Positions 26,918 through 36,451 of a stretch of DNA of 64,000 nucleotides are shown one piece after another; position 1 is the stretch's first letter, and every line of letters starts with the position of its first letter. The notes beneath the pieces are model-generated. The model saw only the letters and a list, made by a program, of their open reading frames with translations, was not told the origin of the DNA and did not search any database. The translations under genes were made by a program, and so were the position numbers. The stretch comes from Nitriliruptoraceae bacterium (GTDB taxonomy: Bacteria; Actinomycetota; Nitriliruptoria; Nitriliruptorales; Nitriliruptoraceae): positions 8-64,007 of the forward strand of contig JBJHAX010000008.1 of assembly GCA_050480705.1 (NCBI GenBank), given 5' to 3'.

Positions 26918-28599
26918 GCCGGACTCGGCGCGGGCCGCGACTCGTCGAGCGCCTCGGCGATCGCGGCGACGACACGCCGGTTCGTGGCGCTGTCTCGGAC
27001 AGCCAGGCGCACGTAGCTGTGGTCGAGGCCGGGAAAGGAGCGGCAGTCGCGTACCGCGATGCCCCGCTCGAGCAGTGCGCTGCGAAGGTCGCCGTGGCCG
27101 GTGCGCAGGAGAACGAAGTTCGCGTGGCGTCCCCACACCTGCGTGCCGTCAATGGTCTGCAGCCCGTCATGCAGCTCGTCGCGGCGAGATGCGATGTCGG
27201 CCGCGCGTCGGCGACGTTCGGGCTCGGCATCAGCAAGCAACACAGCCGCAGTCGCTGCCAGGCTCGACACCGGCCAGGGCTGACGGACGCCGTCGATCCT
27301 GCTGACGAGCGCCTCGGGTCCGGTGATGTAGCCGACCCGCAGACCTGCCAGTCCCCACATCTTCGTGAAGCTGCGCAGACACACGACGTCGTCGAGGTCG
27401 GTGCGATCTGCGAAGCCTCCCGCGTCATCGCAGAACTCCATGAACGCCTCGTCGACGACCAGCACCCGGCCGGGCCGGCGAAGCTGTTCGATCGTGGCGA
27501 CGTCGTCGAAGGCGCCGCTCGGGTTGTCGGGCCGGCCCACCACGACCATGTCGGCCGCGTCGGGAACGTCGGCCGGATCGAAACGCCAATGCACGGGATC
27601 GCGGAACACGCGCACGACCTCGGCCCCTGATGCGCGAACCGCGGCCTCGGGCTCGGTGAACGACGGGTGGACACACGCCACGAGTCGGGGGCGGAGCAAC
27701 GCCGGCAACACCCACATCGCGTCGGCGGCACCTGCGGTCACGGCGCATGTCGTCGCAGGACGATCGTGGCGTGCCGCCACCGCAGCGGTGGCGTCGCGCA
27801 GGTCGGGGTAGCGGTCCGTGTCGTTGAGCGCGTCCGCGAGCCGTTCACGCAGCCACGCCGGTGGGCCGGGTTCGACGTTGACGGCCAGGTCGATGTGCCC
27901 GGCGGGCACCTGCGTGTCGCCGTGTTCGCGCAGTGCCGCCGCCTTCCCGCCCCCTTGCAGCGGCTCGGCAACGGGTCCCTGTCGCTCGTCAGCGCCAGTC
28001 CCGTCCAGGTGCGCATGGGGAACGTCGAGTGCACGTCCGGCCACCATCAACAGCACCTGTTCGGCGTGCTCGGCCAGACGCTGCAGCGCAACGCCGTGAA
28101 GATCGACGTAGAGGCGGCTTGCCGCACCCATCGCGTGTGCGCCAAGTCCGGGTTGGCCGGCGACGATCACCGCCGGCCCCTCGCGGCGGGCCTGCGCGGC
28201 GACAAGTGCATCGATCTGTTCGCACACCTGCCGCTGAGCATGCTGTGCGAGGTCGTCGCAGAGCCTGTCGTCGGTGATGCCGATCTCGAGGAGGGTTTCG
28301 GCGAGCCAGGTGTCGAGCGCGTCGACCAACACCGCAGTGCGCGCTCCGGCATCGTCGAGCGCGGCGGTGAGATCGAACGATTCGATCGTGCGCCAGTCGG
28401 CGGGTCGGTCTGCCTGGTGACGTGCGACGCGGCGGGCGAACTCCTCGTCCCGGACTGCCGCAGGAGTGATGACGACGACGGGCAGGCCCGACGCCGCGAC
28501 GATTCGGGCCGCCTGCGAACTCTTGCCCGATTTCTGACCGCCGAGCACCAACGAGAGCGCCCGGGAGGTCCGCGCGGAACGTTGCATGGGATCCTCCAT
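26905..28599 (-). CDS. cobU/cobD: Fusion protein: adenosylcobinamide kinase/adenosylcobinamide-phosphate guanylyltransferase (CobU/CobP) fused to threonine-phosphate decarboxylase-like aminotransferase (CobD/CobC)
   Basis: This is a single uninterrupted ORF. The N-terminal P-loop is LVLGGQKSGKSS, running to ...VLLMVAGRALDVP. About 35 aa of linker follow. The C-terminal part then shows HGDTQVPAGHIDLAVNVEPGPP..., the PLP-Lys context SFTKMWGLAGLRVGY, and YVRLAVR. Start is ATG 28599 (shares 1 nt with the cobS stop) or ATG 28587. Confidence 0.8.
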   Translation of the reverse strand: MEDPMQRSARTSRALSLVLGGQKSGKSSQAARIVAASGLPVVVITPAAVRDEEFARRVARHQADRPADWRTIESFDLTAALDDAGARTAVLVDALDTWLAETLLEIGITDDRLCDDLAQHAQRQVCEQIDALVAAQARREGPAVIVAGQPGLGAHAMGAASRLYVDLHGVALQRLAEHAEQVLLMVAGRALDVPHAHLDGTGADERQGPVAEPLQGGGKAAALREHGDTQVPAGHIDLAVNVEPGPPAWLRERLADALNDTDRYPDLRDATAAVAARHDRPATTCAVTAGAADAMWVLPALLRPRLVACVHPSFTEPEAAVRASGAEVVRVFRDPVHWRFDPADVPDAADMVVVGRPDNPSGAFDDVATIEQLRRPGRVLVVDEAFMEFCDDAGGFADRTDLDDVVCLRSFTKMWGLAGLRVGYITGPEALVSRIDGVRQPWPVSSLAATAAVLLADAEPERRRRAADIASRRDELHDGLQTIDGTQVWGRHANFVLLRTGHGDLRSALLERGIAVRDCRSFPGLDHSYVRLAVRDSATNRRVVAAIAEALDESRPAPSPAWTR

Positions 28600-29345
28600 C
28601 AGGCACCGTGCCTGTGGAGGGCGACGGTGGCCGCCATGACGAGCAGGGCGCAGACGCGGACACACGCACCGAGGACGTCCCCATTGATACCGCCCAGGCG
28701 GCGATGAGCCGTGCGCCGCACGATCATCATGCCGGCCGCAGCCGCGGCGAGCAGCGCCGGCGACCACACGCCGCCGCCGAGCCAGACGGCAGCCGCCAAG
28801 GCGAGCGATGCGACAACCCAGCCAGGGATGCTGCGGGGCCGCGCGCGCTGTGATGCCTCGCTGCCCGCAACCGCGCGCATCGTGGCCGCGAGAACGAGCG
28901 GGGCGAACCTGCCCGCCACCTCGCTTGCGAGCATCGCCCGGATGAAGCCGACGGTGTCCACCGACGCGAGCAACGCGACACGAAGTGCGACGTCGCCGAC
29001 GATCGCGGTCACACCAAAGGTTCCCAGACGGCTGTCATGCATGATCTGAAGGCGCCGCTCGGGCGTCGCACCGCCCCAGAGCCCGTCGGCGCTGTCGGCC
29101 AGGCCGTCCTCGTGGTACGCGCCGGTCATCACGATGCTGGCGAGCACCGCGACGATCGTTGCGGTGAACACACCCAACAACGGTTCGACGCCGTAGCGGA
29201 CGGCCACGGCGACACCGGCGACGATGATGCCCACCGAGGGAAACCATGCCGCGGCCGGCTGCCCGTTGCCGGCCAGCGGCAGACGCGTCAGTTGCGCGAT
29301 GGCATCACGGGGATCGCCGATCGCGCGTGGGGCTTCCACGGACAT
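28599..29345 (-). CDS. cobS: Adenosylcobinamide-GDP ribazoletransferase (cobalamin synthase)
   Basis: QLTRLP..., TGAYHEDGLADSADGLWGG and the multi-pass membrane profile are typical of CobS. Confidence 0.88.
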   Translation of the reverse strand: MSVEAPRAIGDPRDAIAQLTRLPLAGNGQPAAAWFPSVGIIVAGVAVAVRYGVEPLLGVFTATIVAVLASIVMTGAYHEDGLADSADGLWGGATPERRLQIMHDSRLGTFGVTAIVGDVALRVALLASVDTVGFIRAMLASEVAGRFAPLVLAATMRAVAGSEASQRARPRSIPGWVVASLALAAAVWLGGGVWSPALLAAAAAGMMIVRRTAHRRLGGINGDVLGACVRVCALLVMAATVALHRHGA

Positions 29346-29357
29346 GATCGCTGCCGC

Positions 29358-29948
29358 TCAGTAGTCAATGCCGCGGCGTGCACGGACACCGCGTTGAAAC
29401 GCGTGCTTGACCTCACGCATCTCGGTCACCGTGTCGGCGATGTCGATCAGGGCGTCTGGAGCTTCCCTGCCAGTGCAGATGACCGTCGTCGTGGCTGCGC
29501 GCGACCGCAGCACCTCCACGACCTCGTCGAGCGGGATCCAACCCCAGTTGATCGGGTAGGTGATCTCGTCGAGCAGCACCACGTGATGCTCGCCACGTGC
29601 GAGCAGCTGCTTGGTGTGTTCCCAGGCCGCGTGCGCACGCGCCTCGGATTCGTCGAGGTCCTCCGAGTCCCACGAGAACCCGTCACCCAGAGCCCACCAG
29701 TCCGCACCCAGCTGTGTGAGGATCTGTTCCTCGCCGGTTCGCCAGTCCCCGGACTTGATGAACTGCACCACCGCAACCGACCATCCGCGCGCCAGCGCGC
29801 GCACGGCTGTGCCGAAGGCCGCCGTGGACTTGCCTTTGCCGTTGCCGGTGTTGACCAGTAACAACGATTCCGCGTGGACGCGCGGCGGCATGGGTGGCCG
29901 TTCGCGGCGGGGTTCGGTGTGCTCACGGTCGTGTGCGTTGTCGTTCAT
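29358..29948 (-). CDS. cobO: Cob(I)yrinic acid a,c-diamide adenosyltransferase (CobO/BtuR type)
   Basis: LLLVNTGNGKGKSTAAFGTAVRALARGWSVAVVQFIK..., ...VLLDEITY... and ...VICTGR.AP..L...ADTVTEM are present. Confidence 0.9.
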   Translation of the reverse strand: MNDNAHDREHTEPRRERPPMPPRVHAESLLLVNTGNGKGKSTAAFGTAVRALARGWSVAVVQFIKSGDWRTGEEQILTQLGADWWALGDGFSWDSEDLDESEARAHAAWEHTKQLLARGEHHVVLLDEITYPINWGWIPLDEVVEVLRSRAATTTVICTGREAPDALIDIADTVTEMREVKHAFQRGVRARRGIDY

Positions 29949-31357
29949 GTGGCCCTCGCAAGTCGTGACAGCGGTGCGGTGTCGAGATGTTCATCGACGA
30001 GGTCAGCGAGCATCTCGAAGGTGTCCTCGAGTGTTCGTGTCGGCCGCCGCCCGAAGATCGCTTCGAGCACGCACGCCTCTTCGAGCAGGCCGTGGGGCAG
30101 CCAGCCCAGCACGTGTCCTCGCGCCCATGCCCCGGCGTCAGCGACCTCACGGCCCTCCTCGTGGCACACGACCCGGCCGTGACGCAGTTCGTAGCCGTCG
30201 GCTCGACGGCCTGCGAGCGCCTGCCACGGCGCAGGCAGCACCTCGGAGAACGCCACGCTACGCCGGTCGTAGTGCTTGTCGGCGACGAACGTCGTGGTCA
30301 GCGGGAGCAGGCCCAAGCCGTCTGCGTCGCCGTCCACATCCGCTTCATCCTGCAGGTGTTCGCCGAGCATCTGGGCGCCGCCACAGATACCGAGCAGCCG
30401 GGTGCCCTTCGCCACAGCGTCCACGAGTGCGTTGGCCAGGCCATGGTCACGCAACCAGGCGAGGTCAGCGGTGACGTGCTTGGAGCCCGGGAGGATGACA
30501 AGTTCGGCACCCGCGAGATCATTGGCTCCGGCGACCCACACGATCTCGGCCACCTGCTCCAACGCGGTGAACTCGTCGAGGTTGGACGCTCGCGGGTAAC
30601 GCACGACGTGGACGCGTGGCAGCCCACCGCGGCGAGGAACGCGATGCAGGGCCGCACCGTCCTCATCGGGAAGGTCGTGCTCGACCAGCGGGACGGTGCC
30701 CAGGACACGCACGCCCGTGCGTTCCTCGAGCATCTGCGGGCCCGGCGCGAGCAGCGCCGGATCGCCACGGAAACGGTTGAGAACGAATCCGGCGATGCGT
30801 GCGCGATCGGGTTCGTCGAGCAGCGCCCACGTGCCGTACAGATGCGCGAATGCGCCGCCCCGGTCGATATCGGCGACCAGGAGCACCGGAGCGTCCGCGT
30901 GCGCGGCGGTGCGCATGTTGGCGATGTCGAGCGCTGCCAGGTTGATTTCAGCGGGGCTGCCGGCCCCCTCGATCACGACGACGTCGAAGGCGTCGAGCAG
31001 CTCGTCGAGCGCATCGCGCGCCTGCGGCCAGAGGAGCCGGGCGCGCTCCTGATAGGGGAGGGCAGACAGATGCGGATCGACCTGGCCTCGCACCACGACC
31101 TGGCTGCCGTCGGCCTCGGGTTTGACGAGCACCGGATTCATGCGGACGTCGGGCTCGACGCCTGCTGCCAGCGCCTGGTGCCACTGGGCGGCACCGATCT
31201 CTCCACCGCCTCGGACGACACGCGCGTTGTTCGACATGTTCTGCGCCTTGAACGGCGCGACCGACAGTCCCTGGCGCGCAAACCAGCGGCACAACGCGGT
31301 CGCAAGCCAGCTCTTGCCCGACCAGCTCGTGCAACCCTGCACCATCAGTGCCGGCAT
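29945..31357 (-). CDS. cobQ: Cobyric acid synthase
   Basis: MVQGCTSWSGKSWLATALCRWFARQGLSVAPFKAQNMSNNA is followed by a C-terminal glutamine amidotransferase domain with ICGGAQMLG. Start is ATG 31357 (alternative 31384). Confidence 0.9.
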   Translation of the reverse strand: MPALMVQGCTSWSGKSWLATALCRWFARQGLSVAPFKAQNMSNNARVVRGGGEIGAAQWHQALAAGVEPDVRMNPVLVKPEADGSQVVVRGQVDPHLSALPYQERARLLWPQARDALDELLDAFDVVVIEGAGSPAEINLAALDIANMRTAAHADAPVLLVADIDRGGAFAHLYGTWALLDEPDRARIAGFVLNRFRGDPALLAPGPQMLEERTGVRVLGTVPLVEHDLPDEDGAALHRVPRRGGLPRVHVVRYPRASNLDEFTALEQVAEIVWVAGANDLAGAELVILPGSKHVTADLAWLRDHGLANALVDAVAKGTRLLGICGGAQMLGEHLQDEADVDGDADGLGLLPLTTTFVADKHYDRRSVAFSEVLPAPWQALAGRRADGYELRHGRVVCHEEGREVADAGAWARGHVLGWLPHGLLEEACVLEAIFGRRPTRTLEDTFEMLADLVDEHLDTAPLSRLARAT

Positions 31358-32277
31358 CGTCGCCTCGCGATCGTTGTGCGACATCGGTGCAACAGGCTGG
31401 TGACGACGGCGAGGACGCACGCGAGCTGCCAGGCGGCACGGTGCACGTGCCGCAACGCTTCGGCGGTGTCGTCAGCTCGTGGGGTGCGTCCCGTCGCGTT
31501 GAGCACGTAGGTGTCGGGTTTTCCCAGGCGTACACCGAGGCGCGTGGCGATCGCAGCCATCGGCCAGCCGGCGTTGGGCGACGGGGTGTGTGACGCCTCC
31601 CGGGACAACTGCGCGACCCGGATCGAGGGACCCGCGAGTGCCAGGCCGGTGAGCCGCGCTGGCACGAGGTTCGCGACGTCGTCGGCGCGTGCGGCAGCGC
31701 GTCCCGCGTCGATCCAGCGCTGGTCGCGGTGGCCCCACATGGCATCGGCCGTGTTGATGAACCGGTAGGCGTACGCACCTGCCAGACCGAAGGCCGAGTA
31801 CCACACCAGCGGCGCGACCCATGCGTCCGACAGGTTCTCGGCCAGCGACCCGATAGCGGCTTCACGGACGTCGGCGGCCTCGAGCGACGCGGTGGGGCGT
31901 GAGACGATCCGTGCGAGGTTGCGGCGTGCGCGATCGATGTCGAGCGCCAGCGATCGTTCGACGGCGGCGACCTCGTCGACGAGCATGCGCAGCGAGATCA
32001 GTGGCCACAACGCGACCGCGTGCACGGCGGTGGCGGCACCTCGCGGCAGCCGCGCCGCCAGCACGTCGATGAGGCGACCAGCGGCCGTGAAGGCGACCAA
32101 TCCAGCCATCCAGGCGGCCGCGCCGCGTCGCCGTGCAACCGCAGGCGGTGTGGCGGGGACATGGCGGGCGGCGGCGTCGAGCATCACGCCCATCAGGCGA
32201 ACGGGATGGGCCTTGAGCGGTGGTTCGCGCAGCGTCGAATCGAGCGCGCCGGCGAGCACGACGGCGGTGGCGTTCAT
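31345..32277 (-). CDS. cbiB: Adenosylcobinamide-phosphate synthase (CbiB/CobD)
   Basis: ATG 32277 overlaps the upstream ATPase stop by 4 nt. Contains HPVRLMG, ...RIVSR.T..L..., SLAEN.SD..VAPL.WY..FGL.GA.AYR..NT.D.M.G, and SPNAGWPMAA.A..LGV.LGK. Confidence 0.88.
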   Translation of the reverse strand: MNATAVVLAGALDSTLREPPLKAHPVRLMGVMLDAAARHVPATPPAVARRRGAAAWMAGLVAFTAAGRLIDVLAARLPRGAATAVHAVALWPLISLRMLVDEVAAVERSLALDIDRARRNLARIVSRPTASLEAADVREAAIGSLAENLSDAWVAPLVWYSAFGLAGAYAYRFINTADAMWGHRDQRWIDAGRAAARADDVANLVPARLTGLALAGPSIRVAQLSREASHTPSPNAGWPMAAIATRLGVRLGKPDTYVLNATGRTPRADDTAEALRHVHRAAWQLACVLAVVTSLLHRCRTTIARRRCRH

Positions 32278-33074
32278 GCCGAACGCTCGCGGGGTGCCCG
32301 TCGTGGTCGCACAGGAACCAGCGCAGTGTGGCCGTGTTCGTCTCGCACGACGCTGACATTCGCGCCGTAGTGGCGCGCGATCGCCTCGGTCGTGAGCACC
32401 TCCTGAGCGGTGCCCCGGGCCACGATCCGCCCGTCGACCAGCAGCACCAGTTCGTCCGAGAACTGCCCGGCGAGGTTGAGGTCGTGAAGTGCGCTCAGCA
32501 CGGTCAACTGGCGTTCGATGCGCAGGTCGTCGACCAGTTCGAGCACCTGCTGGGCGTGGCCGAGGTCGAGCGAACTGGTGGGTTCGTCGAGCAGCAGCAC
32601 CGGCGCCTGCTGCGCCAATGCGCGCGCGAGCACGGCACGCTGGAACTCGCCGCCCGAAACGGCGTCGACGGCTCGCTCTGCCAGCTCGAGCAGGTCGAGG
32701 CGTCGCAGCTGTGCCTCGGCGATGTGGAGGTCGGCGGCACGTTCGGTTCCGAGGTACGGGACATAGGCGCTGCGCCCGAGCAGGACGTAATCGATGATGC
32801 GCATGCCCTGCGGACGCTCGGGCTGCTGGGGGACGACGGCCAGTGTCCGGGCGCGCTCCCGGTGCGACGTCGTCCGTGCCGTCGCACCGTCGAAGGTGAC
32901 GTGCCCGTCGTAGGCGACAGCGCCGGCCACGGCTCGAAGCAACGTCGTCTTGCCTGCGCCGTTGGGGCCGATCAGCGACGTCCACGATCCCGCCGGCACG
33001 TCGAGCACGACGTCGCGCAGCACGGGTGTCTCCAGCAGGGTGACACCGAGGTCGTGGAGGCCCAGATGCGTCAT
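32274..33074 (-). CDS. ABC transporter ATP-binding protein (FecE/BtuD iron-chelate/cobalamin uptake type)
   Basis: Walker A is GPNGAGKTT, the signature is VSGGEFQR, and Walker B is LLLDEPTSSLD. It sits in an operon with an FecCD-type permease and a binding protein under a B12 riboswitch. Confidence 0.9.
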   Translation of the reverse strand: MTHLGLHDLGVTLLETPVLRDVVLDVPAGSWTSLIGPNGAGKTTLLRAVAGAVAYDGHVTFDGATARTTSHRERARTLAVVPQQPERPQGMRIIDYVLLGRSAYVPYLGTERAADLHIAEAQLRRLDLLELAERAVDAVSGGEFQRAVLARALAQQAPVLLLDEPTSSLDLGHAQQVLELVDDLRIERQLTVLSALHDLNLAGQFSDELVLLVDGRIVARGTAQEVLTTEAIARHYGANVSVVRDEHGHTALVPVRPRRAPRERSA

Positions 33075-34135
33075 CGTGCGCGCGCCTGGCGTAGGACGAG
33101 AAGGAAGAACGGCGCTCCCACGAACGCGGTCACGACCCCGATGGGCAGCTCACCGGGAGAGATGACCGTGCGGGCGACGAGATCGGCGATGATCAGCCCC
33201 GCGGCACCAACGATCAACGCCAGCGGCATCACCACGCGGTACGAGGTCCCCACCAGCAGGCGCACCGTGTGGGGCACGACGATGCCAACGAAACCGATCA
33301 GGCCCGACACCGACACTGCGGCGGCGGTGCCGAGCGTGGCTGCGCCGACGACCGCGAGACGCACCCTCGTCGCCGGCACGCCCAGCGTCTCCGCTTCGTC
33401 GTTGCCGACCGCGAGTACATCGAGCAGGCGCCGATGTGCGACGAGGACCGCCATCGACACGACGATGTAGGGCGTGACCATCACGACGTCGCCCCAACCG
33501 GCGGTGAGCAGCCTGCCGAGCAGCCACCCGTAGACCTCCCGGAGCGAGTCGGCGTGCCGCTGCTGCACGAACGTCTGGGCTGCGGTCAGAAACGCGGCCA
33601 CGGCGACCCCTGCGAGGATCAACGACGCCGGTGTTCGTCCCCCGACGCTGCTGCCCAGCACGTAGGTGGCGACCACACCGATGACCGCACCGGCGAACGC
33701 TGCCAGCGGCAGGCTCAGACGACCGAACTCCGAGACGATCGCGATGGTGGCGCCCAGGCCTGCACCTGAGGCCACCCCCAGCAGATAGGGATCAGCGAGC
33801 GGGTTGCGGAACACCCCCTGATAGCCGGCGCCGGCAACGGCGAGCATGCCCCCGACCAGGCCGCCCAGCACCAGACGCGGTGCACGCAACTGCCACAGGA
33901 TCGCTTCCTGGCGTTCCGACAGGCCGGTGTCGAGGCGGATGCCAGGTAGCGCGTCGAGAAGCGCCAGCACGACAGTTCGTGCGGGAAGCCCCGCGGGGCC
34001 GAGCAGCAGCGTCGCAATCGACGCTACTGCGAGCAGCGCGAAGGCGGCGAGCACCCAGCGCAGCGGCACACGCAGCGGCTGGATGCTGCCCGAGTGAGCC
34101 CGAGGCTTGGTCCCGCTGGTGTCGGCGACGGTCAT
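33071..34135 (-). CDS. FecCD family ABC transporter permease (BtuC-like)
   Basis: The start is placed at ATG 34135. Contains ...LRAPRLVLGGLVGGMLAVAGAGYQGVFRNPLADPYLLGVASGAGLGA... and the C-terminal ...GELPIGVVTAFVGAPFFLLVLR. Confidence 0.88.
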   Translation of the reverse strand: MTVADTSGTKPRAHSGSIQPLRVPLRWVLAAFALLAVASIATLLLGPAGLPARTVVLALLDALPGIRLDTGLSERQEAILWQLRAPRLVLGGLVGGMLAVAGAGYQGVFRNPLADPYLLGVASGAGLGATIAIVSEFGRLSLPLAAFAGAVIGVVATYVLGSSVGGRTPASLILAGVAVAAFLTAAQTFVQQRHADSLREVYGWLLGRLLTAGWGDVVMVTPYIVVSMAVLVAHRRLLDVLAVGNDEAETLGVPATRVRLAVVGAATLGTAAAVSVSGLIGFVGIVVPHTVRLLVGTSYRVVMPLALIVGAAGLIIADLVARTVISPGELPIGVVTAFVGAPFFLLVLRQARAR

Positions 34136-34140
34136 CGCGG

Positions 34141-35112
34141 TCAGTCGAGCGCAGCGATGTGGCCAGCGACATCGCGCATCAGATCGACGATGCGCGGGCC
34201 CCAGCGGCTCGCGATGTCCTCGTCGAGTTCGACGATCGCGCCGGTGCGCACTGCGGTGATCGACGACCATCCGGGACGGGCGGCGACCTCTTCGGGGGTG
34301 ACCCCGCAGCAGTCGGCGTCCGCGAGCAGGATGAGGTCGGGGTCCGCGTCGATGATGAATTCCGGGGTCAGCTGCGGGTACTGACCCGCCGCGTCACCCA
34401 CCGCGTCGGCGATGCTCTCCAATCCCAACAGCCGGTAGGCGTCGCCAATGAACGTGTCGCTTCGCACCGAGTAGTAGTCGGGCGTGAGCTCGTGGTAATA
34501 GGTAAAGGTGGTATCGAGGGTGTCGACATCCGCCACGATCTGGGCGATGTCGGCGCGCATGCGGTCGACCACCGACTGCGCCGTGTCGGCATTGCCGGTG
34601 GCGTCACCGAGCCAGGCCAACTGCTCGTAGACCTCGTCGATGCTGCGTGCTGACGGCAGCAGCAGCGTCGGGATGTCGAGCGCCGCAAGCGATTCGCGCA
34701 TGTCGCCGGGATTGTCGGAAGCGACGACGAGATCCGGTTCGTACGCCGAGATCGCCTCGATGTTGGGTTGGAATCCCGACAGGTCCGTGGTCGGCGCGTC
34801 GGGGGGATAGTTCGAGTACTCGTCGGCTGCGACGACGGCATCACCGGCGCCGACAGCGAACAGCAGCTCAGTGGTTGATGCGGACAGCGACACGATGCGC
34901 TCGGGCCGGCGGGCGATTTCGACACCGTCGACGGTGACGGGAAACGCTTCGGATGTCGCGTCGTCGTTCGACGTCGCACCGGAGCTTTCGTCCGCAGCCG
35001 GATCGGTGGCAGAATCGTCAACGGCGCCGCAGGCCGCGAGCATCACCGTGGCGACGAGGGCGAGAATGGCGGGAGTCCACCGCAGCATGCGGCGGGTGAA
35101 CAGCTTCGACAC
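34141..35112 (-). CDS. ABC transporter substrate-binding lipoprotein (periplasmic binding protein family, BtuF-like)
   Basis: GTG 35112 lies 7 nt after AGGAGGAGG. The signal peptide has the lipobox LAAC. Contains RIVSLSASTTELLFAVGAGDAVVAADEYSNYP and a C-terminal ...WGPRIVDL. Confidence 0.85.
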   Translation of the reverse strand: MSKLFTRRMLRWTPAILALVATVMLAACGAVDDSATDPAADESSGATSNDDATSEAFPVTVDGVEIARRPERIVSLSASTTELLFAVGAGDAVVAADEYSNYPPDAPTTDLSGFQPNIEAISAYEPDLVVASDNPGDMRESLAALDIPTLLLPSARSIDEVYEQLAWLGDATGNADTAQSVVDRMRADIAQIVADVDTLDTTFTYYHELTPDYYSVRSDTFIGDAYRLLGLESIADAVGDAAGQYPQLTPEFIIDADPDLILLADADCCGVTPEEVAARPGWSSITAVRTGAIVELDEDIASRWGPRIVDLMRDVAGHIAALD

Positions 35113-35199
35113 GTGTCGTCCTCCTCCTGAGGGAGGAGTCAGAGACGTCGCTGGGCAGCGCGGCAACGCCCTGCGTGGGCGTGTGGAAATGCCATCGAC

Positions 35200-35378
35200 T
35201 GCTGCCGCACGAACGGCCCTTCCTCCGAGGGTCACGGATTCGCGGCCACGAGGCAGGCGACCTGGCTCGTCCCGGCCCGCAGGGGGCCGGGCTTCACAGT
35301 TGCGGGACAGCGCCGGAGTTGCACCGGACTTCGCTGACACCCGTGGCAGTCGCGGCGGATCCGATCGCCAGCGACCGT
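35200..35378 (-). ncRNA. Cobalamin (B12) riboswitch aptamer; boundaries approximate
   Basis: The minus-strand core GAAGUCCGGUGCAACUCCGGCGCUGUCCCGCAACUGUGA lies at 35294-35332 and the B12 box GAGCCAGGUCGCCUGCC at 35252-35268. Downstream, a hairpin CUCCUCC-cuca-GGAGGAG (about 35119-35139) can sequester the RBS of the binding-protein gene. Confidence 0.85.
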
Positions 35379-35383
35379 CGGGG

Positions 35384-35411
35384 ACGTTAGCCGAGACGCG
35401 AGGCGGGTCAA
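35384..35411 (-). promoter_or_regulatory. Candidate sigma-70-type promoter of the riboswitch-controlled operon
   Basis: On the minus strand, TTGACC (35406-35411) is followed by a 16-nt spacer and TAACGT (35384-35389). This puts the start site a few nt before the riboswitch. Confidence 0.45.
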
Positions 35412-35476
35412 ATCATCGGCGGGGAATATCACGGCCGGCGTGTCGGCGATGACACTGGCCGTGCTCGGAGCTGGCG

Positions 35477-36451
35477 TCAGGCGTAGAGCGCCGCGCCGTA
35501 CATGAGTTCGTCAGCGCAGGCGAGCCGGTCGATCCAGCGTCCAGGCCAGGCGTCGCTGCCGTCGCGAGCGCCGAGCAGCCCGCCGGTGATCGCGCCGTTG
35601 GTGTCGGCGTCACCGCCGAGGCGCACGACCTCGACGAGCATCTCCGCGGCCGGCCGTGCGGCCGTCACAGCGGTGACGGCCACCTCGAGGCTGGTGAGCA
35701 CCCAGCCTTCGGCAGCCCCGTTGACGGTCGCCACCTTCCCAACATCGCCGTCATGCGACAGCGCGCGTTCGAGTGCGTCCGTCACGTCGGTGTGCAGGTC
35801 AGAACGGCCGATTGCGGCGTGTGCCATGTCGCGAGCGGCGCTGGCGGCGTCGGCGGCGGTGGCAACGTCGGACGTGATCATGGCCGCGACGAGGTCGCAG
35901 TATGCGACACATGCGTCGAGACAGACCGGATGGGCGTGGGTAATCGCCGAGATCGCCCGGGCGTGATCGGCCCGACGTATGGGATCCTCCAGATTGGCCA
36001 GCGCGACCGCGACGGTGCGCATCAGCGAGCCGTTGCCCTGGCTGCGCTCATCGGTCTCGCCGCTGCAGGACGCATCGTGTGTCGAGAGAAAGCGTGTGAG
36101 CGCCCGCGACGTGGCGCCACCGACGTCACGCGGATCGGTCCGAAACCACGCTGCCATGTGCTCGGCCGCGGCGTGGCTGAGGCGGTCAATATGGGCGTCG
36201 AGGCCGACGTCGCGGTAGGCACGGTGGACGGCCAGCGTCAGGTCCGTGTCATCGGTCGGGTCGCCCGGCGCCCAGCCGAACACGCCGCCTCCGACCACGT
36301 CGACGTCATCGACCGTGCTTGCGAACGCGGTACGGGCGCTCTCTCGTGACGCGAACTCCGTCGTCGCCCCCAGCGCGTCCCCGACATGCACGCCCAGCAA
36401 CACACCGACGGTGCGTGCGTGCCGCGCCTGCCGGCCCTCAAGAGGCGTCAC
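35477..36451 (-). CDS. ADP-ribosylglycohydrolase family protein
   Basis: The N-terminal GVLLGVHVGDALGATTEF, GAPGDPTDDTDLTL, the central GNGSLMR and the C-terminal GGDADTNGAITGGLLGA are hallmark motifs. Confidence 0.88.
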   Translation of the reverse strand: MTPLEGRQARHARTVGVLLGVHVGDALGATTEFASRESARTAFASTVDDVDVVGGGVFGWAPGDPTDDTDLTLAVHRAYRDVGLDAHIDRLSHAAAEHMAAWFRTDPRDVGGATSRALTRFLSTHDASCSGETDERSQGNGSLMRTVAVALANLEDPIRRADHARAISAITHAHPVCLDACVAYCDLVAAMITSDVATAADAASAARDMAHAAIGRSDLHTDVTDALERALSHDGDVGKVATVNGAAEGWVLTSLEVAVTAVTAARPAAEMLVEVVRLGGDADTNGAITGGLLGARDGSDAWPGRWIDRLACADELMYGAALYA

